From a virus: a DNA stretch of 40,006 bases. The translations under genes were made by a program, and so were the position numbers. This document shows positions 16,758 to 23,403 of this stretch, one piece after another (the first letter of the stretch is position 1; every line of letters starts with the position of its first letter). The notes under the pieces were generated by a model, which was not told where the DNA came from, searched no databases, and saw nothing but the letters and a program-made list of their open reading frames with translations. The stretch spans positions 1-40,006 of IMG/VR virus record IMGVR_UViG_3300045988_085556; one strand, given 5' to 3'.

Positions 16758-16865
16758 TCACATTATGCCTATCATCTTAGCAATTGCGATTCCTATAAAA
16801 CTTCCAACGATACCTGACAGAACCGGAATCCCCCATTCAACCAGAAATATTTTTAGCTTCTGCAT
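16758..16865 (-). CDS. 35-aa hydrophobic peptide
   Basis: SD AAGGGGGG before ATG 16865. Translation MQKLKIFLVEWGIPVLSGIVGSFIGIAIAKMIGIM. Confidence 0.45.
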   Translation of the reverse strand: MQKLKIFLVEWGIPVLSGIVGSFIGIAIAKMIGIM

Positions 16866-16969
16866 TTTTTGCCCCCTTACAACTTTTTGATATAACTGAT
16901 TTGGGAAAACTCTTTGCTAGAGTCTGTCTTGATGATGCAATTTAGCCCAAACATACTGGATTACAGGTT

Positions 16970-17164
16970 CTATCTCTTCTGCACTTTTAGGCTGGTTGAC
17001 AACTCAGATACACTGACATCGCCTCGAATAGTTAAGGAAAGCTCTGATTTTCCTGTATTGGAGCTTTCCCATCTGTATTCGCTAAAAATATCTGGTAGAA
17101 TTTCACCATCAACTTCTATCAACAAACGTGATTCAACTTGAGATACTCTAATTTCTGTCTTCAT
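16970..17164 (-). CDS. hypothetical 64-aa protein
   Basis: SD AAGGAGGTGAGAGAG before ATG 17164 (MKTEIRVSQVE…). Confidence 0.6.
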   Translation of the reverse strand: MKTEIRVSQVESRLLIEVDGEILPDIFSEYRWESSNTGKSELSLTIRGDVSVSELSTSLKVQKR

Positions 17165-17245
17165 CTCTCTCACCTCCTTCTCATCTTCCAGGAAATACTC
17201 AATTGGCACGCCGAAGTAATCGGCCAGGATTTTGAGCTTCCTCAT
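17165..17245 (-). pseudogene. remnant 3' end of an XRE/Cro-type HTH gene fused in frame to the 64-aa ORF
   Basis: It encodes …LKILADYFGVPIEYFLEDE, matching the C-terminus of the intact cro-like gene (…PIEYFLEE*). No HTH N-terminal part remains, and the stop codon has been lost. Confidence 0.55.
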
Positions 17246-17246
17246 G

Positions 17247-17275
17247 TTGTCTTTCTATTATCCATCCTGTATAAT
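17247..17275 (+). promoter_or_regulatory. promoter TTGTCT-17-TATAAT for the HExxH moron
   Basis: hexamers at 17247-17252 and 17270-17275. Confidence 0.5.
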
Positions 17276-17321
17276 GTATCTATAAGCAATTATGCTTAAA
17301 AACCTACGGGAGGAATTTATA

Positions 17322-18068
17322 ATGGATAACGATAATTCTCTTAAATCATCATATGGCTTTACCTTGGTTGAAAAAGCCTATCGGCCTAATATGGAAGACA
17401 CTGAAGCAATAGTTGCTTCCATTATCGCTCTTTACAAAAATGCCTTTGCACTTAATCATATACCCCAGTTTACTTTGATTAATGATTCTACGTCAGAGGA
17501 CATACATACCGATAGGGACGCCAAAACGCTATACATTAGTTGTACATATGTCTATTGGAGCCAACTTGCTTATCAATTTTGCCATGAGCTTTGCCATTAC
17601 CTTATCCCTCATGAGGTTATTCATTCTTTAAGATGGTTTGAAGAATCAATATGTGAATCTGCATCTTTGTTCTTTATGTATCGTCTTGCCTCTTATTGGA
17701 AAACACACTCATTACTTAAGCAGCCCGAATATGCAGATAAAATTTTTTCTTATGTGGATTCAACCAAAAACGAATTTCATTCATTTAATTTACCTGATCT
17801 CTCAGACCCTGATTCACCCATTAGTCATAAATTTTTAGAAAAAGATGGCGAATACCACAGAATGCATAATCGTTATATTGCCAACAATCTTCTTCCGATT
17901 TTTAATTCCCATGATGGGTTATGGCAAGCAGTTCCTTATTTATGTAACATAAAAGATGAAAAACCTTTACTTGAGCAGCTTCGCATTTGGAAGACTTTAA
18001 CACCGGAAATTTCTCATGAAGGGATTGATAATATTATTGCTCTATTTACTCCAGGTAGTTCCAATTGA
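17322..18068 (+). CDS. 248-aa HExxH (gluzincin/MA-clan-like) metallopeptidase-like protein, accessory moron
   Basis: SD GGGAGGA before ATG 17322; motif FCHELCHYLIPHEVIHSLRWFEESICE; AT-rich; opposite orientation to its neighbours. Confidence 0.65.
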   Translation: MDNDNSLKSSYGFTLVEKAYRPNMEDTEAIVASIIALYKNAFALNHIPQFTLINDSTSEDIHTDRDAKTLYISCTYVYWSQLAYQFCHELCHYLIPHEVIHSLRWFEESICESASLFFMYRLASYWKTHSLLKQPEYADKIFSYVDSTKNEFHSFNLPDLSDPDSPISHKFLEKDGEYHRMHNRYIANNLLPIFNSHDGLWQAVPYLCNIKDEKPLLEQLRIWKTLTPEISHEGIDNIIALFTPGSSN

Positions 18069-18282
18069 CCCATCCACTTCCCTGTTTATACAGATACTCA
18101 ACAGCTCCTCCGCCAAATAATACATATACCATGCACGGTGTTTCCAATGGCGGGTTTTTATCGAATCCAAAAATGATATCTTCCCGCCTTACTAGAAATA
18201 TACGTTCGACCTCATTTGTAATATCTTCGATATAATGTGCTCCTGGGAAAAACTTCGCACCTCTCGGTCCTCTAAAACTCAT
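18046..18282 (-). CDS. hypothetical 78-aa protein, first gene after cro
   Basis: SD AAGGAGGTAGAGAA before ATG 18282. Confidence 0.6.
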   Translation of the reverse strand: MSFRGPRGAKFFPGAHYIEDITNEVERIFLVRREDIIFGFDKNPPLETPCMVYVLFGGGAVEYLYKQGSGWVNWNYLE

Positions 18283-18296
18283 TTCTCTACCTCCTT

Positions 18297-18491
18297 CTAC
18301 TCTTCCAAGAAATACTCAATTGGCTTATTTAATTCCTTTGCCACCTCATAAATCTTCAGCACACTTGGAATGTTCTCATCCCATTTACAAATACTACTTC
18401 GGGGAAAATTTAGCTTACTCTCTAAAGCTGTAACGCTTATCCCTGCGTCGCTACAAGCCTTTTTGACTTTTTGGTAAATCACCTTTTTCAC
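18297..18491 (-). CDS. cro: Cro-like XRE-family HTH regulator
   Basis: 64 aa, HTH …GISVTALESKLNFPRSSICKW…, GTG start with SD AGAGGAGG, divergent from the repressor. Confidence 0.75.
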   Translation of the reverse strand: MKKVIYQKVKKACSDAGISVTALESKLNFPRSSICKWDENIPSVLKIYEVAKELNKPIEYFLEE

Positions 18492-18516
18492 CTCCTCTTA
18501 TGATAATTTTTCATGA

Positions 18517-18697
18517 CTACGTAAAATTTTGAGATAAAATATTGACATTTTGCGTAAAATATTCTAAAATTAGAAGTACCAACAACCAATAATAAAATAT
18601 CACTTTTACTATGCATTCGCAAAATCTTGCGTAACTCATACTTTTATTATACACAAGATTTTACGTATGTCAAGTATAAAATGCGCAAAATTTTGAG
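18517..18697. promoter_or_regulatory. genetic switch region: face-to-face promoters plus repeated CG(T/C)AAAAT operator-like sites
   Basis: Plus-strand TTGACA(18541)-17-TAAAAT(18564) and minus-strand TTGACA(rc 18667-18672)-16-TATAAT(rc 18645-18650). Operator-like sites lie at 18518-18532, 18550-18563, 18617-18633, 18657-18664 (inverted) and 18682-18696. Confidence 0.6.
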
Positions 18698-18707
18698 GTA
18701 TAATAAT

Positions 18708-19133
18708 ATGGGATTATATGAACAGATACGAGGTATAGCTAAGACAAAAGGATATTCAATCAATAAACTAGAACAGGAATTAGGATTTGCCAGAAGTTCT
18801 ATCTACAAATTTAATAAAAATAAACCCGGTATTGATAAGTTGCAGCAAATCGCTGACTTACTGGGTGTCACTATTGACGAGCTTACAGGTAGTGCTGATA
18901 CTATTCAAAAACAAGAACAAAAATTGAATACAAGGGATGAACGAGATATCAAAAATGATTTGGATTCTATTATGAAAAAGCTTACTTCTGGTGAAGAAGG
19001 GCCTGCGGCATATGATGGTGAACCTCTGGATCCGGAATCTGCAGAATTGTTTAGAGATGAACTTGAAATTGCATTACGACGACTAAAATTAATAAACAAG
19101 GAGAAATACACTCCCAAGAAATATAAAAAGTAG
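18708..19133 (+). CDS. ImmR/CI-like XRE-family repressor (no S24 peptidase domain)
   Basis: HTH MGLYEQIRGIAKTKGYSINKLEQELGFARSSIYKF…; ATG 18708 chosen over the track's upstream alternative start. Confidence 0.8.
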   Translation: MGLYEQIRGIAKTKGYSINKLEQELGFARSSIYKFNKNKPGIDKLQQIADLLGVTIDELTGSADTIQKQEQKLNTRDERDIKNDLDSIMKKLTSGEEGPAAYDGEPLDPESAELFRDELEIALRRLKLINKEKYTPKKYKK

Positions 19134-19141
19134 GTGAGTTC

Positions 19142-19573
19142 ATGGGAGAAATCGAACAAATAAAATGCTTGATAGCATACTACAAGAAAAAATTTGGCAC
19201 AAACGACCCGTTCGTGATTGCTGATAATTTAAACGTGCTCTACCAGATTGGGAATTGCAGGCACGAAGGTTACTACATGTTTCTTAAAAATCACAGGTAC
19301 ATTTTTCTTAGTAACAAGCTTGAGGACATTGAATCCAAAGTTGTGATGTCTCATGAATTGGCTCATGCTATCTATGACAGGAAAGAGAATTGTTATTTTA
19401 TTCGGAATAGAACCTTGTTGTTAAATTCAAAAAGTGAGCGTCGTGCAAATCGTTTCGCAGCGTATTTGCTGATTGACGACGAAATGTTACGAGAGTTTTC
19501 AGGGTATACAATAGAGCAATTTTGTCAGTGTACCGGATATCCGGAGGAACTTATTGAGTTGCGTCTGAAATAG
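19142..19573 (+). CDS. immA: ImmA/IrrE-family metallopeptidase (anti-repressor protease)
   Basis: HELAHAIYD HExxH motif, size, and position directly after the repressor. Confidence 0.8.
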   Translation: MGEIEQIKCLIAYYKKKFGTNDPFVIADNLNVLYQIGNCRHEGYYMFLKNHRYIFLSNKLEDIESKVVMSHELAHAIYDRKENCYFIRNRTLLLNSKSERRANRFAAYLLIDDEMLREFSGYTIEQFCQCTGYPEELIELRLK

Positions 19574-19627
19574 ATTAATTCGCTTCGGCGTTTTAATAAA
19601 ATACTATTCGATAAGAGGAGGATTTTT

Positions 19628-20143
19628 ATGAGCAAAGAAAAGAAAAAAGGGAGTTGTCTGAAAACAATTCTAATGGTGGTATGTGTGTTCGTTATCTTAG
19701 CGGCAATTGGTTCCATAATAGGAGATGATGAGAAGAAAGAAAAGAATGATACCACTGCAAAAAATACCACTGAATCTACCGCTACAGAAGATAACACAGA
19801 AAAAGAAGAAACTGAACCGCAGGAAGAAATAATGGAAATTGACCCTAATACTTTGTTAACTGATTATGAAGCAAATGAAGTGCGTGGTGATGAACTTTAC
19901 GATGGAAAAATGATGCGTCTTACTGGTACAGTTGGAAGCATCGGTAAAGATATTCTTGAAGAAGTATATGTAACTTTTGCTAATGCTGACGAGTATAAAA
20001 TCACTTCCGTACAATGCTATTTTTCCGATGATGACCAAATCAAAAAAGTGATGGAGCTTTCTGAAGGGGATTCAATTACCTTAGTAGGAAAATGTGATGG
20101 TAAATTTGGAAATGTGGTACTTAAAGATTGTTACTTTGAATAA
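19628..20143 (+). CDS. membrane-anchored OB-fold (tRNA_anti-like) protein
   Basis: N-terminal TM, acidic linker, and a C-terminal …MRLTGTVGSIG…ITLVGKCDG… OB-like domain. Confidence 0.65.
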   Translation: MSKEKKKGSCLKTILMVVCVFVILAAIGSIIGDDEKKEKNDTTAKNTTESTATEDNTEKEETEPQEEIMEIDPNTLLTDYEANEVRGDELYDGKMMRLTGTVGSIGKDILEEVYVTFANADEYKITSVQCYFSDDDQIKKVMELSEGDSITLVGKCDGKFGNVVLKDCYFE

Positions 20144-20263
20144 TCTGCCCGAAACTGGCCTCTGCATCACCAGCAGGGGCCTCCCCAAATAATATATTCA
20201 CCCAGGCAGCCGAACAGGCGGCTCTCTATCCCGCTCCGAGTCTTGCGGAAAGGGGTGGTGCTT

Positions 20264-20350
20264 ATGTACGTGACCTATAGTGACCTCTTTACCTTTATCA
20301 TCATGATAACAGGTATTATCGTACTGATTGTTCAGATACATAAAAAATAG
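20264..20350 (+). CDS. 28-aa hydrophobic peptide resembling Hol-Tox / type I toxin-like peptides
   Basis: SD AAAGGGGTGGTG. Translation MYVTYSDLFTFIIMITGIIVLIVQIHKK. Followed immediately by a terminator. Confidence 0.55.
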   Translation: MYVTYSDLFTFIIMITGIIVLIVQIHKK

Positions 20351-20388
20351 CCGTCCTGCTCCTGAGAAAAGTGGACGGCTATTTCTAT
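20349..20388 (+). terminator. rho-independent terminator ending the lysogeny operon / small peptide gene
   Basis: AGCCGTCC…GGACGGCT 8-bp stem followed by ATTTCT. Confidence 0.6.
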
Positions 20389-20634
20389 AGCTTAAAACTG
20401 ATTCGCCGGGACGGGTAGCGTGCACCTACCTGTCGGCTGTCTTGTTAAGTATATTATAACAAAATATACCGAAATGTCAAATAGTAAAACCGCCCCAGTG
20501 TTACCAGCACCAGGACGGCCATATCTCCGGAGAGATACTACATATAGACTCACAACTATATTGTATCATCTTCGGTGACAGGTGGCAAGAGACCATCTGT
20601 CTTTTTTGCACCCATTTTTAAGGAGGATGATATC

Positions 20635-21735
20635 ATGGCAAAAGCAAAATATACCAAGCAGAAAAACGGATACTTTCAAACACGCGTCTGGGACGGTGGT
20701 TACAATGATGACTGCACAAAGCACTACGTGACCTTGCGCAGTAAAAAGAGCAGCAAGGATCTGGAGAACAAAGTAAACCAGTTCAACCAGGACGTGGAGA
20801 TGCGTAAACACCTGCGTATATCAGACGTAACATTTTTAGATTACGCCAAGGCGTGGTTGCAGGTGTACAAGGCCAGCAAAGAGACCAACACCCAAGCAAT
20901 GTACAAAAATATCATAGACAAGCATTTTGTGATTTTAAAAGGCGTCAAGCTGCAAGACATAGGCCGAGTGCATTATCAGATGCTAATGACCAGCACCAGC
21001 GATAAAAAGCGTACTCAGCAGCAGATCCAGATCACATTTAAGCAGGTCCTGCGGTCCGCTGTCTCTGATCGGCTCTTTGCCGCCAACGTATTTGAGGATA
21101 TCTGTAATAATATGGACGTGATAAAGTATCGCCCAACCGAAAAGCGACCGCTGATGGATTATGAACAAAAAGCTCTGTTTAAAGCAGAGTTATCCACACA
21201 GGATAAAGTATTTGTGTATATCTTATTTGGATGCGGACTACGACGTGGAGAAGCTCTGGCTTTGACCAAGTTTGACGTAGATCTGAAAAGACATCTCCTG
21301 ACAGTAAATAAGGCTCATAAGTTCGTGGATGACAAACCCCAACCAAAAGGGCCGAAGACGGACAATGGTAATCGTACTGTCCCTATACCGTCTATGATCT
21401 TTCCGGTGATTGAGAACTATGTCAAATCCCTTAGGCGCACTCAGCTTTTCGTAATGAGAAACGGAGAGCCGATGACGAAAAGTAGCTATGACAAGATGTG
21501 GGCCAGGATCATTAAGAACATGCAAGCGGCATCAGATGAGCAGATAACCGGTCTGACGGCCCATGTGTTTAGGCATAACTATTGTACCAACCTATGTTAC
21601 CAAATACCAAAGGTCAGCATTAAAAAAATTGCGGAATTACTGGGTGATACAGAGCGAATGGTAATAGAAGTGTACAATCATATTGTCTTGGATAAAGAGG
21701 ACGCTGCAGGAGCCGTAGAAGACGCATTTATGTGA
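20635..21735 (+). CDS. int: tyrosine recombinase (phage integrase)
   Basis: SD AAGGAGGA before ATG 20635; GLRRGEALAL, HVFRHNYCT and a C-terminal Tyr region. Confidence 0.9.
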   Translation: MAKAKYTKQKNGYFQTRVWDGGYNDDCTKHYVTLRSKKSSKDLENKVNQFNQDVEMRKHLRISDVTFLDYAKAWLQVYKASKETNTQAMYKNIIDKHFVILKGVKLQDIGRVHYQMLMTSTSDKKRTQQQIQITFKQVLRSAVSDRLFAANVFEDICNNMDVIKYRPTEKRPLMDYEQKALFKAELSTQDKVFVYILFGCGLRRGEALALTKFDVDLKRHLLTVNKAHKFVDDKPQPKGPKTDNGNRTVPIPSMIFPVIENYVKSLRRTQLFVMRNGEPMTKSSYDKMWARIIKNMQAASDEQITGLTAHVFRHNYCTNLCYQIPKVSIKKIAELLGDTERMVIEVYNHIVLDKEDAAGAVEDAFM

Positions 21736-21998
21736 TACGAAAATGATACATTACCTCTTCCATGACACCAAAATGATACATTTAAATGCCATTTATGGAC
21801 AGTCATAGAAAGGCAACTAAAGACAACAAAAAATGGCTCAAACCCTTATAAATACTGGGTTTAAGCCACCTTTAAAATAGTGAAGCATCGGGGATTCGAA
21901 CCCCGGACAACTTGATTAAAAGTCATGTTACCTAACTGCCACGGAACCGCATAAATGCTGGGTTTGTAAGAATCTCGTGATACGAAATTGATACATTA
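21732..21998. other. attP region (arm-type repeats, core, flanking direct repeats)
   Basis: 22-nt repeat GTGATACGAAAATGATACATTA at 21732-21753 and at 21977-21998 (21/22), 13-nt partial copy at 21770-21782, ATAAAT(A/G)CTGGGTTT at 21848-21862 and 21951-21965, tRNA 3' half in the centre. Confidence 0.75.
21881..21923 (-). other. 3' half of a tRNA-Lys(UUU)-like sequence (attP core, not a complete tRNA)
   Basis: Minus strand reads CTTTTAA anticodon loop, TCAAG, TTGTC, CGGGG-TTCGAAT-CCCCG, ATGCTTC-A. No matching 5' acceptor or D-arm lies upstream. Confidence 0.65.
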
Positions 21999-22046
21999 GG
22001 TATTTTATAGTATTTTGCGATATCTGTCAATGGTGATTTTATACAG

Positions 22047-22075
22047 TTGACAAACAGAATATATGTTCGTATAAT
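22047..22075 (+). promoter_or_regulatory. perfect consensus promoter TTGACA-17-TATAAT
   Basis: hexamers at 22047-22052 and 22070-22075. Confidence 0.65.
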
Positions 22076-22123
22076 TAAGCATATGGCAAACAAATGTTCT
22101 GTTTTTGAAAGAAGGTGGCACGA

Positions 22124-22309
22124 ATGAAGAATAATCTTGTATATGAAAATCACGATGCCTACTTATTATATAATGCGGCATTGGAGAAGAACCCTGAGTT
22201 ACCCGCACACGGCAGCATATCCGTACAGTATGCCCTGTACCTATATTACAAGGCATATCCCGAGGAACGTCCCATAGGATATAGATACAAACGACATATG
22301 TTGGCGTAA
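22124..22309 (+). CDS. 61-aa hypothetical protein (moron next to attP)
   Basis: SD GAAGGTGG before ATG 22124 (MKNNLVYENHDAYLLYNAALEKNPELP…). Confidence 0.55.
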   Translation: MKNNLVYENHDAYLLYNAALEKNPELPAHGSISVQYALYLYYKAYPEERPIGYRYKRHMLA

Positions 22310-22555
22310 TGTCGAAAACTGTCCACGATTATCTATTGCTCTAATCCCAATTATGTTGTATCATTATATTTGCAACCAGAGGTATGAATATTCTTTTTCG
22401 TCGCAGAACGGCCGGCGCTGTAATGGTGTCGGCTGTTTTGTACTTGACATCAGAGATTCCAAGCGTTATCATAAAAGTAAACAAAAACCCTTCGTTTCCT
22501 TCTTTTATGAAAAGAGGCTGTGATTTACGCATAGTCTCTTTTCTTTTTTATGGCC

Positions 22556-22589
22556 ACTAAAAAGGCCCCGGCGGGAGACTCGGGGCCTT
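22556..22589 (-). terminator. rho-independent terminator after the Rha-like gene
   Basis: AAGGCCCCG…CGGGGCCTT 9-bp stem followed by TTTTT on the minus strand. Confidence 0.7.
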
Positions 22590-22681
22590 ACAGCGTTTTA
22601 CAGTTGCCCTCTGTGCGTTGATAGTTACAGTAGTGCTCCTGTTTTATCAGTATAACACATCTTACCAGACTTGTCCACGTA

Positions 22682-23335
22682 TCAGGCCGCCAGCATTTTT
22701 AGATTCTGGTTCAGCACGAACTCCTTGATCTGGTCATATCCCCACCCGCAGTTCACCAAACCACTCACGATCATTTCAACTGATTGTACAGCCTTCAGTT
22801 CTTCCTCACTAAAATAATTCCGAAGATTCTCCTTTTTGGATAGGCCATATTCTTCGCGGAGATGTTTTGCATCTTTTCCGAATACCGCCTTATATATGAT
22901 ATTCGTATATGTGGAATAAGCATGCCCGTGCATCCGTTCATTTTCCTGTGACTGCTGTAAAGCATTCGTCAGAGCCTGCCTGACAGCAATGCCTTTCTCG
23001 CGCTCTTTCTGTTTGCCGATCAATACTTTTTCCATTTCATTAAACTGTTTGATATACGCAAGTTTAAATTTCATGGCCTTATCGCCATTGTATCCCATAG
23101 CCAACAAGGTGAATCCATCTCTTGTCATAAGATACATGGGATTTGTTTTTCCATTAGAGGCTTTATAAGAATCTAAATAGAATAGAGCGGAAAATTCCGC
23201 TGTACTTATAGCTTCTCCTATATTCCTTATAGACTCCATTACATCACGATGATTTTTTTCAAATGTCTCCGCTACATCGAGGCTCGTGACAACTGTTACT
23301 TCTTCCTTGTTCATTTTCTTGATCTCTACTAACAT
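22682..23335 (-). CDS. Rha-family phage regulatory protein / antirepressor
   Basis: N-terminal …VVTSLDVAETFEKNHRDVMESIRNI… Rha-like motif. Confidence 0.7.
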   Translation of the reverse strand: MLVEIKKMNKEEVTVVTSLDVAETFEKNHRDVMESIRNIGEAISTAEFSALFYLDSYKASNGKTNPMYLMTRDGFTLLAMGYNGDKAMKFKLAYIKQFNEMEKVLIGKQKEREKGIAVRQALTNALQQSQENERMHGHAYSTYTNIIYKAVFGKDAKHLREEYGLSKKENLRNYFSEEELKAVQSVEMIVSGLVNCGWGYDQIKEFVLNQNLKMLAA

Positions 23336-23364
23336 AAAATCATCCTTTCGTTTTATTTTGTAGT

Positions 23365-23397
23365 AATAAAATAGGACGCAGCTTTATGCCGCATCCT
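23365..23397 (-). terminator. rho-independent terminator after the endolysin gene
   Basis: On the minus strand, AGGAUGCGGC-AUAAA-GCUGCGUCCU (10 bp including 2 G-U) followed by AUUUUAUU. Confidence 0.6.
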
Positions 23398-23403
23398 GTC
23401 ATG

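Noticed and set aside
20198-20425. 75-aa minus-strand ORF between the OB-fold gene and int
   Set aside because: It has no SD, is antisense to the SD-preceded 28-aa peptide ORF, and runs through that gene's terminator.
21881-21960. A complete tRNA gene downstream of int
   Set aside because: Only the anticodon loop, T-arm and 3' acceptor strand are tRNA-like. The upstream sequence cannot form the 5' acceptor strand or the D-arm, so it is interpreted as the attP core rather than a tRNA gene.
21932-22256. Minus-strand ORFs 21932..22153 and 22005..22256 in the attP/moron region
   Set aside because: They have no SDs, span the att repeats and the consensus plus-strand promoter, and are AT-rich chance ORFs.
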